Positions 1 through 7,918 of a stretch of DNA of 50,247 nucleotides are shown here, piece by piece (the first letter of the stretch is position 1; each line of letters begins with the position of its first letter). The stretch is from the NCBI GenBank assembly GCA_964416825.1, contig CAYQFT010000004.1, positions 1 through 50,247 of the forward strand, given 5' to 3'. The notes beneath the pieces were generated by a model that saw only the letters and a list, made by a program, of their open reading frames with translations, had not been told where the DNA came from and ran no database searches. Both the position numbers and the translations under genes were made by a program. The DNA comes from an uncultured Porphyromonadaceae bacterium (GTDB taxonomy: Bacteria; Bacteroidota; Bacteroidia; Bacteroidales; UBA12481).

Positions 1-19
1 CCTTGAAACACTTACCGGA

Positions 20-142
20 TGCCCCGGTTTATACCGGGGATACGCACAGAATCTTATTTTTTTTACGTGTAGAGGCCTTTAAAGGCCTCTACACGTAGTG
101 ATTGTGAACATTGCCCTACCCCCGGTTTAAAAACCGGGGCAA
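20..142. repeat. Palindrome cluster: two CCCCGG-N-CCGGGG hairpins in inverted arrangement around a 34-bp perfect GTAG-type palindrome
   Basis: ccccggtttataccgggg (22-39); tacgtgtagaggccttt|aaaggcctctacacgta (64-97, perfect); ccccggtttaaaaaccgggg (120-139). Lies just downstream of the 157..2310 stop. Confidence 0.85.
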
Positions 143-156
143 CATGTAGGAGCTCC

Positions 157-2310
157 TTATAGTTTTTCGCATATTATCCCTGCCACGCAGGCCGACAACC
201 GCATGATCTCAACCGGTGCTCCGGTGTAGCAGACAATCGGGAGGATCCACTCGAGCAAGGCCAGGTAATAGGGCCTGATGTCGGGATTACCCGATGTGGT
301 TTGCAGGGCATATTGCCTCATTTTGAGGGTCATCGCCAGGTTTCGCTGCATCTGTTCCGGCGAGGTGCCGGTCCATTCCACGGCAGGCAAATCATCCAGG
401 CGGTCACGGTCATAGAACAGGGTGGTGAGCTCAACCATCTTCCGGCGGTTCTCTTCGGAATCCAGCACCGCGTGCTCAATCATAAAAATGGCCTCGAGTC
501 GGGCAAAATCGGAGATGGCCGACCGGGGTTTTGTCTCGGAGAAATCAATCAGGTACACGTTCATCTCCCGGTCGAGAAGGATATTCTGCATGTTCAGGTC
601 GCCATGGCAAACGGCGGCAGGATAGCTGACTGGCCAGTCGCGGCGTTCGGCAAACCGGTGCTTCAGAAACCAGTACGGGTTGGTTCGCGTTTCGCCCGTT
701 TCGGCAATGGTAAAAACCGGCTCATCGGATGAAATACCCAGCACCTGTTCAGCGGTCTCGCAAAGGGTTTTGAAAAAGACGGCCCGCGGGTCATGGTCAC
801 GGTAGGGATAGAGGGTTGTGGTCACCGGCTGGCCATACCAGGGCTGCAGTATCTGCATGAAAATCTTGTCGAACAGCGGCTCCAGCTTTTCGGCAGGCCA
901 TTCCCTGTAATAGTGGGCCAGCCACCTGAGCTGGGTCTGCTCCCCTCCGATCCCCACGAAATTATAGCGCAGGGCACCCATATCGGAATAAAAGACGGTC
1001 CCCAGCACCTGTGCGCTGTTATTCATAATGTAGGGCAGCGCATACTGGCGGCACCGCTCCGACTCGCGCGAGATCATTGCGCGGCTGCCGATCTTCAGCA
1101 CGGTGGGCCGCAGTTTACGGCCCTCTGCATCGAAAGATTCCACCTGGAACGTCTGGGCCGAATAGCCGCCGTGCAGCGGCTTCACCACCAACCGGCGCGA
1201 ATCGGAATAGAGCCTGCGGGTCACGAAGATTTTCCAGGGCTCCAGCGAATCACCGGCCGACTCCACCCGGATACGGCTGGTCTCAGCATCTTCAATTATT
1301 TCAGGCGCAAACAACCAGATCACGGGACAAGCCAGGATCGCATCAGGATTCACCTCCTCCACCGACTCAATGGTTTCAAGTGTTAAGGAACGGGCCAGGT
1401 AATCCATGAACGTTTCACCCGGCTGAGTTTCTGTCAGTTGATTGAGAATAAAAACGATTCCCCTGTTTTCGGTTGTTAATCCCGATATAGATGGCCGGTC
1501 CGGATGGAAATCAGCAACCACCAGGGAGACTGCGCTTCCGGTTTTGCCGGTTATCGCAGGAAGAAGCCCGGTCAGTTGGGAGATTTTCAATTCCTTAGCC
1601 TCTATCAGCTCCATCCGGCTGGCGGGTTCCATCCCGAAAGAGTGCGCCTCCTGCACAAAGATCCCGCCCTCGGACGGATCCCGGACTACCCGAAAATCGG
1701 CTGACTGCTCTGGATCCATCGGGATAAAACCTGCACAACGGCCCATCGTAACGAAGAGTCCGCGGCTCTCAACATCTTCAACCAGCGATCCTGCCGGCGA
1801 CCCGGTTCCTATACCAAATCCCATTTCATTATACCCCACAATCCCGGATCTCTCCCAATGGAAGCCCCTTCCCCCCTCCATCCCGATACCCGAAACCCCG
1901 GACCCCATACCCCAAACCCTAAACCTCATACCCCCCGCCTCAACGTTTGTTTCTCCCCCGGCACGCCCGGTGGCACGCGCCACCTCCTCCTCCGCCGCCC
2001 CCTTATCCGCAAAGAGTTGGAAGACACTCCGGAGTCCGGTCATCTCTATCACCTGGAAAACCTCCGGCGGCAGGCTTGCAAGGAAAAGGTCCCCGCCCTT
2101 GCTTTTAAGCTTCTTGGCCGCCGAAATCAGCAGCCGGATGCCGGAACTGGACAAATAGTTGCACTGGCTGAAGTCGATGATCAGGAATTTTTCCTGTTCA
2201 AGAAGTGGCTGAAGTTCCCGGTCGAAAACAGGAAAACTGAGCGTATCGAGCTTGCCCTGCGGGATGATGCAGCAAGCCTTTCCTTCTTTCAGAATAGTGA
2301 CGGTAAACAT
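157..2310 (-). CDS. STAS (anti-sigma factor antagonist) domain fused to an APH/TCAD9-like phosphotransferase domain
   Basis: N-terminus has STAS motifs (GKLDTLS; IIDFSQCNYLSSSGIRLL; VFQVIEMTGL). C-terminus has kinase-fold motifs: HGGYSA (Gly loop), VLKIG, CHGDLNMQNILL, YLIDF. Confidence 0.8.
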   Translation of the reverse strand: MFTVTILKEGKACCIIPQGKLDTLSFPVFDRELQPLLEQEKFLIIDFSQCNYLSSSGIRLLISAAKKLKSKGGDLFLASLPPEVFQVIEMTGLRSVFQLFADKGAAEEEVARATGRAGGETNVEAGGMRFRVWGMGSGVSGIGMEGGRGFHWERSGIVGYNEMGFGIGTGSPAGSLVEDVESRGLFVTMGRCAGFIPMDPEQSADFRVVRDPSEGGIFVQEAHSFGMEPASRMELIEAKELKISQLTGLLPAITGKTGSAVSLVVADFHPDRPSISGLTTENRGIVFILNQLTETQPGETFMDYLARSLTLETIESVEEVNPDAILACPVIWLFAPEIIEDAETSRIRVESAGDSLEPWKIFVTRRLYSDSRRLVVKPLHGGYSAQTFQVESFDAEGRKLRPTVLKIGSRAMISRESERCRQYALPYIMNNSAQVLGTVFYSDMGALRYNFVGIGGEQTQLRWLAHYYREWPAEKLEPLFDKIFMQILQPWYGQPVTTTLYPYRDHDPRAVFFKTLCETAEQVLGISSDEPVFTIAETGETRTNPYWFLKHRFAERRDWPVSYPAAVCHGDLNMQNILLDREMNVYLIDFSETKPRSAISDFARLEAIFMIEHAVLDSEENRRKMVELTTLFYDRDRLDDLPAVEWTGTSPEQMQRNLAMTLKMRQYALQTTSGNPDIRPYYLALLEWILPIVCYTGAPVEIMRLSACVAGIICEKL
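1884..1939. repeat. Degenerate 7-bp tandem array inside the CDS
   Basis: cgatacc cgaaacc ccggacc ccatacc ccaaacc ctaaacc tcatacc ccccgcc; encodes the low-complexity stretch GGMRFRVWGMGSGVSGIG. Confidence 0.7.
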
Positions 2311-2331
2311 GTACTCAGATTATTTTGATAT

Positions 2332-3345
2332 TCAATGCCACCCGGTATCGATGGTCCCGTTCTTAATCCCGGCTTCAATCTGGGATAGCGCCGTCCGGAT
2401 GCTGTCGGGGATCACTGCCTCAAAATCATGGAAAGGCGCCAGGCCTACCCCTCCGTTCAGGAGATTTCCCTTCACCGCGGTACTCCCTTGCCAGCTCCCG
2501 GCATGATAGGTTTCCAGCACATCAAACAATATCTGTCCGAGGTTCTTCATGCACGAGGTTAGCAGCACAGAGCCCACCTGGGGGATCGAGATATATTGGT
2601 CGACATCCACGCCGATGGCCCATTTTCCGGCCGCTTTAGCCTGATATAACGCCCCGTTGCCCGTTTGTCCGGCAAAGGCGAAGATCACCGATGCCCCCTG
2701 CCGGATGGCGCTGTCGGCCAGCTGGGCACCCATCAGGGTATCGATAAAACTGCTGGCAAAGAATCCCGACACCTCAACACTCCTGCTATATTTTGAATTA
2801 AAATATTCCACTCCTTTCACATAACTCTGTGAAAACTGCAGAATTTCCGAAATAGCCGGCCCTCCTACGAACCCTGTGCGCGGGGCACCCGGATTCTCCT
2901 TATTGGCCCACCAGGCAGCCAGGAATCCGCAGGGAAAAGAGCTCTGGTCCACCTCAAAAGTTACGCACTGTATGTTCGCCACCGGTTCTTCATACACATA
3001 ATCGAGAATCACAAAATCGATATCCGGGTTGGCTTCCGCGGCGTGCAGAGTAGGAACGGCCGCATGGAAGCCGCAGGTGATGATCAGGTCGTACCCGTAA
3101 GCGACCAATACCCCGATGTTGGTGGCAATGTCGCCTTCCAGGTCGCAGGCCAGGGCATCGCCTTCGAATCCGAATTCCTCCTTGGCTTCCATAAATCCGG
3201 CAAGGATATCCTGGTTAAAACCCCGGTCATCGAACCCGCCCAGGCCGCTGACGAGGCCGATTTTTGGGGCCGGCGGATCAGGGTGGCAGGAGGAAAGAAG
3301 AAAGAGAAAAGAAGAAAGAAGAAAGAGGGAAGAGGAGCGTTTCAT
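2332..3345 (-). CDS. BMP (PnrA/TmpC-like) family substrate-binding lipoprotein
   Basis: Lipobox LSSC; GGFDDRGFNQ, AGQTGNG, WAIGVDVDQ and LTSCMK motifs typical of the BMP family. Confidence 0.9.
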   Translation of the reverse strand: MKRSSSLFLLSSFLFLLSSCHPDPPAPKIGLVSGLGGFDDRGFNQDILAGFMEAKEEFGFEGDALACDLEGDIATNIGVLVAYGYDLIITCGFHAAVPTLHAAEANPDIDFVILDYVYEEPVANIQCVTFEVDQSSFPCGFLAAWWANKENPGAPRTGFVGGPAISEILQFSQSYVKGVEYFNSKYSRSVEVSGFFASSFIDTLMGAQLADSAIRQGASVIFAFAGQTGNGALYQAKAAGKWAIGVDVDQYISIPQVGSVLLTSCMKNLGQILFDVLETYHAGSWQGSTAVKGNLLNGGVGLAPFHDFEAVIPDSIRTALSQIEAGIKNGTIDTGWH

Positions 3346-3378
3346 GGAGATACTATTTGAACAAATAAAGATAAGGAT

Positions 3379-4152
3379 TCAGTTCGAGTCCTCATTCTCA
3401 AAATGCCTCCTGAGATCCGGCTGCCGGTGGATCATGTCGAACCTCCATTCGCAAAGGATCTTGAGCCTGTGGATCACATTGGATGTAAAACGGTTATGCA
3501 CGGTCTGCCATATGAGGTTGACAGGGCCCTTTTTCGCCCAGCCTTTCCGGCCATAAAAATTAAACCCGACGATGATAAATAGCCGCGTGGATTCAGCCTC
3601 GCCGAGTTCCGGGATCGAGGTTCTGACATACATCGAGAAAAATCCGATCGGGTATCCCCCGCTGCAACGGTAGAGCAGGTAACGCGCATTGTCGAAATCG
3701 AAGGAGTCGGGAACGGTCTTGAAGCGCATGGCCGTAAGAAGAAAGAGCGGAATCAAGTGAAATCCAAAAAGACTCTTCATTCCGAAGGGATATTTCGCCC
3801 AGCCAAAAGGCAGTATCCTGATGTTTTCGAGCTTGTCATCAATCCGGTCGACCCGGGCCAAATGGTTGGGCCAGCAAGTAGATTCACCGCTCCACTTGAG
3901 CAATTCGTTGAATACATAGCTTGGGGGCGCCTCCACCCCGATATGGTGAATGTTCAGGATCGTGTATTCATCAGGCTGGATTCCAAGCCTCTGCAATATC
4001 CTTTTGTTGTAGTTTTCGCGGTCATCCTCAGTGGCGAAACGCAGCAGCGTGGCCGGTTCCGGCCGGTTAAACAGAAAATACCTGATATCGGTCAGCAGGT
4101 TCCTGCTCCGTTTGGGCGGCTTCCGGTGAATGGGTTTATCAGGTACTGTCAT
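3379..4152 (-). CDS. Hypothetical protein (257 aa)
   Basis: Long ORF with ATG start, co-oriented with and close to the BMP gene; no family recognised. Confidence 0.7.
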   Translation of the reverse strand: MTVPDKPIHRKPPKRSRNLLTDIRYFLFNRPEPATLLRFATEDDRENYNKRILQRLGIQPDEYTILNIHHIGVEAPPSYVFNELLKWSGESTCWPNHLARVDRIDDKLENIRILPFGWAKYPFGMKSLFGFHLIPLFLLTAMRFKTVPDSFDFDNARYLLYRCSGGYPIGFFSMYVRTSIPELGEAESTRLFIIVGFNFYGRKGWAKKGPVNLIWQTVHNRFTSNVIHRLKILCEWRFDMIHRQPDLRRHFENEDSN

Positions 4153-4190
4153 TAGATTTCAATCCTTACGAGCTAAATTTAGTAATTTAG

Positions 4191-4260
4191 CGTGACGCAT
4201 GATCCGTAATCCGTGATCCGGAAGAATTGACAATTGACATCGGAGCTAGGAGGTGGGAGA
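4191..4260. repeat. Ten consecutive heptamer-register units of changing sequence
   Basis: cgtgacg catgatc cgtaatc cgtgatc cggaaga attgaca attgaca tcggagc taggagg tgggaga. Confidence 0.6.
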
Positions 4261-4430
4261 AAATCCCCGGCCTGAAGGCCGGGGTTACTGATGAGTAACC
4301 TTCTACCTTGCTGTATAGAATTATATATTAAAGCAAATCATTGATATTTAACACATTATAAATCTTTGGGGTGACCAGATAAACATCTTCGACAGACATT
4401 AGTAACCCCGGGTTTCAACCCGGGGGTTTT
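4261..4430. repeat. Inverted pair of REP-like hairpins around an AT-rich spacer (REPIN/MITE-like)
   Basis: aaatccccggcctgaaggccggggttact (4261-4289) matches the reverse complement of agtaaccccgggtttcaacccgggggtttt (4401-4430). Confidence 0.75.
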
Positions 4431-4482
4431 ATCCCAGCCCCCTTTCTGTCCCACCCCCCAACATAACCGAAAACAAGCCCCA

Positions 4483-7400
4483 ATGAAACCAACCACCCTC
4501 TTTATCTTGGTGATCAGCGCCGTCCTTTTCGGTTGCACCAGAGACAATCAGCTTTCTGTCAGTGAGTTCAAAAACCTGCAGTCCGGGTTCAACATTCCGG
4601 CCGACACCAATAAGGTATGGTGCTATTGGTACTGGCTGAACGATGATATCTCAAAAGAGGGCGTAACGAAGGACCTGGAAGCGATGAAGGCGGCCGGGAT
4701 CGGCGGGGCGTTTATCGGGAATATCAATCCCGATGAGAAAGACGGGCCGGTACCGCTGTTCTCTGAATTGTGGTGGGAAACCATGGTTCATGCCGTAACC
4801 GAAGGCAAGCGGCTGGGAGTCGATATCGGGGTATTCAACTGCCCCGGATGGAGCCAGTCGGGCGGCCCCTGGGTGAAGCCCGATATGGCAATGAGGCATC
4901 TGGTATACTCTGAAACCCGCGTCACAGGCGGATCAAAAATCGGGGTAACCCTGCCGAAACCCGCGGATCTTTTTCAGGATGTATACGTGCTGGCCATCCC
5001 GCGGGAGGAATCAAAGTATAAGACGATCCACTGGCCCGATGCCGGGGGAATTGAAACCAATACGGGCAAGAGCTTTGAATTTGATTGCTTCACACCCCCG
5101 CCGTTTAAAGCCCACACCCTGGTACTCTATCCGTCGAACACTCCGTTAAGAGCTGATTGCGAACTGCTTGCATGGCAAAATGGCGAATACAAAACCATCC
5201 GAACCTTCGTCTATGACCGGAGCAACGCGGCCCTGAATGTGGGTCCCGATCCCATGGGGCCGGTGACCATCGCCCTACCGGGCGTGGAAGCGGGGAAATT
5301 CAGGCTGATCGTACGCAATCCCTCAGGCGGCGGGCCGAAATCAGGCTTTGCCGGAATCACCCTCACCGAAGAGGTGCTGCTGGAAAAATATGTGGAGAAG
5401 CAGCTCGGAAAAATGCACCCCGATCCGTTCCCGGCCTGGGGAACCTACCTCTGGGACCTGCAAAACAACGGCGAGGCAGGAAAATCAGGGATTGGCACAG
5501 ATCAGGTGACCGACGTGAGCCGGTTTATGGATGCGGGCGGGAACCTGTCGTGGGATGCCCCGGCCGGGGAATGGACCCTCCTGCGATTCGGGATGACCCC
5601 GACGGGCACGCAAAATTCGCCGGCGGCTCCGCAGGGAAAAGGATATGAGATCGACAAGGCCAACCGGAAACTGATTGAATTTCATTTTACTAATTACGTT
5701 GGGGAGCTCCTGAAACGCATACCGGACGGGAGCCGTTCGGCACTGAAATATGTGATTGCCGACAGTTATGAAATGGGTTCCCAGAACTGGACCGACGGAT
5801 ACGCGGAGATCTTCGCCAGGCGGTATGGGTATGATCCGATGGAGTATTTTCCGGTGCTGACGGGCCGGATCGTGGGAAGCGTGGAGGAGTCGGAGCGGTT
5901 TCTCTGGGATCTTCGCCGCGCGGTTGCCGATGATGTGGCCTATGAATATGTGGGGGGATTGCGGAAAATCAGCAATGACAACAACCTGAAAATCTGGCTT
6001 GAAAATTACGGCCACTGGGGATTCCCGTCGGAATTCCTGATGTACGGCGGCCAGTCGGACCTGGTTGGAGGCGAGTTCTGGAACGAAGGCACGCTGGGCA
6101 ACATCGAATGCAAGGCAGCCTCCTCCTCAGCCCATACTTACGGGAAGCCGGTCACCTCTGCCGAGGCCTTTACGGCCTCCGGGAATGCCTACCTGCGGTC
6201 ACCGGCTCAGCTAAAGCGCCGGGGCGACTGGGCCTACACGGAGGGAATCAACCATTTTGTGGTGCATGTCTATATCCATCAGCCTGACGATCAGCGTAAC
6301 CCGGGCGTCAATGCCTGGTTCAGCACGGAATTCAACCGGCACAACACCTGGTTCTCCCTGAGCAAATCCTGGTTCGATTACCTGCGCCGCTGCCAGCACA
6401 TGCTGCAGCAGGGGAAATACGCCGCCGATGTCTGCTACTTTATCGGCGAGGATGCCCCGAAGATGACCGGCGCCCGGATCCCGGAACTGCCAGCCGGCTA
6501 TTCGTATGACTATATCAATGCCGAGGTGATCCTCAGCCGGCTCTCCGTGAAAGAGGGCCGCCTGGTCCTCCCCGATGGCATGAGCTACGGCATGATGGTG
6601 CTGCCTCCGCTGAAAACCATGCGCCCCGAACTGCTGGAAAAAATCCGCAGCCTGGTTGAAGCGGGCGCTGTGATCCTGGGTCCGAAACCCGATAGTTCTC
6701 CCAGCCTGCAGGGATTTCCGGGATGCGATGACAAGGTCAGGAAACTTGCCGGCGAACTCTGGGGTCCGGAAGCCTCCGCTAAAATCCATCCATTCGGCAA
6801 GGGTCTGGTATTAAATAACATGGGCACAAAAGAAGCCCTGGAGCAGATTAATTTGTCAGAAGATTTTTTTGCCGGCGGGGATTACCCTGTGCTCTGGACC
6901 CACCGGACGAAGCCGGGACTGGATATCTGGTTCCTCACAAATCAGGGGAAAGAGCCGGTAACATTCGAGCCCTCCTTCCGGGTTGAAGGCAAACAGCCGC
7001 AGCTTTGGGATGCCGTAACCGGGAGCATCCGGTTACTGAAGGAATTCCGGGTTGAGGACGGGCGAACCAGGGTGCCGCTAACCCTGGAACCGGGGCAGAG
7101 CTATTTCGTTGTTTTTTCGGATCGGAAAACCGGTATCTCCGATGAAGGATTCATGGCCAACTTCGAGGAGATGAGAACACTCTCGGAAATCAAGGGACCC
7201 TGGAGGCTGGATTTCGCCAACAAGGTTATCGGACCATCCGCACCGGTTCAGTTGGATTCCCTGATGGATCTTGCCCGGATGGAACCCGAAAACATCCGCT
7301 ACTATTCAGGCACCGTGACCTACACAGCTGAATTCACGCTGGATCCGGTTCCGGAAGGGAAAAGCCTTTATCTCGATCTGGGTTCCGTGGGAGTGATGGC

Positions 7401-7680
7401 CCGTGTAAAGATCAACGGTTCAGATGCAGGGACACTTTGGATGTATCCCTGGACTCTGAATATCAGTAAATTAATAAAACAAGGTGCGAACACCATTGAA
7501 ATCGAGGTTGCCAACCTCTGGCGAAACCGGCTGATCTATGACAGCCGCCTGTCGAAGGAGCAGCGTTATACCTGGACGATCGTGTCCGATATCCGGCAGG
7601 ATGAAATTCCGCCGCCATCGGGATTGATTGGGCCGGTGCGAATCGTGACGCGTGATGCGAAACACGATTTGTGCCCGTAG
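4483..7680 (+). CDS. GH106-like glycoside hydrolase (alpha-L-rhamnosidase family), lipoprotein
   Basis: Lipobox LFGC; WCYWYW..ISKEGVTKDLEAMK, GWSQSGGPW, DSYE, GEFW, SAEAFT; C-terminal GH2-like sugar-binding domain (LDLG..VKING..PSGLIGPV). Confidence 0.88.
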   Translation: MKPTTLFILVISAVLFGCTRDNQLSVSEFKNLQSGFNIPADTNKVWCYWYWLNDDISKEGVTKDLEAMKAAGIGGAFIGNINPDEKDGPVPLFSELWWETMVHAVTEGKRLGVDIGVFNCPGWSQSGGPWVKPDMAMRHLVYSETRVTGGSKIGVTLPKPADLFQDVYVLAIPREESKYKTIHWPDAGGIETNTGKSFEFDCFTPPPFKAHTLVLYPSNTPLRADCELLAWQNGEYKTIRTFVYDRSNAALNVGPDPMGPVTIALPGVEAGKFRLIVRNPSGGGPKSGFAGITLTEEVLLEKYVEKQLGKMHPDPFPAWGTYLWDLQNNGEAGKSGIGTDQVTDVSRFMDAGGNLSWDAPAGEWTLLRFGMTPTGTQNSPAAPQGKGYEIDKANRKLIEFHFTNYVGELLKRIPDGSRSALKYVIADSYEMGSQNWTDGYAEIFARRYGYDPMEYFPVLTGRIVGSVEESERFLWDLRRAVADDVAYEYVGGLRKISNDNNLKIWLENYGHWGFPSEFLMYGGQSDLVGGEFWNEGTLGNIECKAASSSAHTYGKPVTSAEAFTASGNAYLRSPAQLKRRGDWAYTEGINHFVVHVYIHQPDDQRNPGVNAWFSTEFNRHNTWFSLSKSWFDYLRRCQHMLQQGKYAADVCYFIGEDAPKMTGARIPELPAGYSYDYINAEVILSRLSVKEGRLVLPDGMSYGMMVLPPLKTMRPELLEKIRSLVEAGAVILGPKPDSSPSLQGFPGCDDKVRKLAGELWGPEASAKIHPFGKGLVLNNMGTKEALEQINLSEDFFAGGDYPVLWTHRTKPGLDIWFLTNQGKEPVTFEPSFRVEGKQPQLWDAVTGSIRLLKEFRVEDGRTRVPLTLEPGQSYFVVFSDRKTGISDEGFMANFEEMRTLSEIKGPWRLDFANKVIGPSAPVQLDSLMDLARMEPENIRYYSGTVTYTAEFTLDPVPEGKSLYLDLGSVGVMARVKINGSDAGTLWMYPWTLNISKLIKQGANTIEIEVANLWRNRLIYDSRLSKEQRYTWTIVSDIRQDEIPPPSGLIGPVRIVTRDAKHDLCP

Positions 7681-7726
7681 GGGCGCCCGGTGGGCGCCCG
7701 TGTAGGGGCGGACCCGTGGTCCGCCC
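7677..7726 (+). repeat. Two tandem GTAG-type REP palindromes
   Basis: GTAG-gggcgccc-ggt-gggcgccc (7677-7699) and GTAG-gggcggacc-cgt-ggtccgccc (7702-7726). The TAG of the first is the stop codon of the GH106 gene. Confidence 0.8.
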
Positions 7727-7728
7727 GA

Positions 7729-7752
7729 AAAATGAAAATGAAAATGAAAATG
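7729..7752. repeat. (AAAATG)4 tandem hexamer
   Basis: Four exact aaaatg units. Confidence 0.9.
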
Positions 7753-7758
7753 AACGTT

Positions 7759-7799
7759 GAGATTCGAACACAGAGTGTTGAATGTTGAAAATGAGATCC
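7759..7799 (+). repeat. Solo copy of the ~45-bp GAGATTCGA..CAGAG..AGATCC motif
   Basis: gagattcgaacacagagtgttgaatgttgaaaatgagatcc, close to 9729-9769. Confidence 0.75.
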
Positions 7800-7813
7800 A
7801 AGTCAAGACAGCC

Positions 7814-7837
7814 GGTCCCCGCGTTCGCGAGTATGAC
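7814..7837 (-). repeat. Degenerate GTCAT..-type palindromic repeat
   Basis: ggtccccgcgttcgcgagtatgac is similar to the reverse complement of gtcatccccgcgaaagcggggaccc at 22084-22108. Confidence 0.65.
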
Positions 7838-7839
7838 AA

Positions 7840-7865
7840 GTAGAGACGCATATATGCGTCTCTAC
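7840..7865. repeat. 26-bp perfect REP palindrome GTAGAGACGCATATATGCGTCTCTAC
   Basis: Identical copy at 14639-14664; one-mismatch copy at 20848-20873. Confidence 0.92.
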
Positions 7866-7866
7866 A

Positions 7867-7901
7867 AACCGGTAACCGGTAACTGGCAACCGGCAACTAC
7901 T
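7867..7901. repeat. AACCGGY heptamer array
   Basis: aaccggt aaccggt aactggc aaccggc aactact; same family at 13456-13497, 13532-13559 and 14735-14769. Confidence 0.85.
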
Positions 7902-7918
7902 TTTAACCAGTAACCCCC

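Noticed and set aside
7463-7896. Minus-strand ORFs 7463..7801 and 7471..7896
   Set aside because: They translate the repeat cluster (FSFSFS, RDAYMRLY) and overlap the GH106 gene in antisense.
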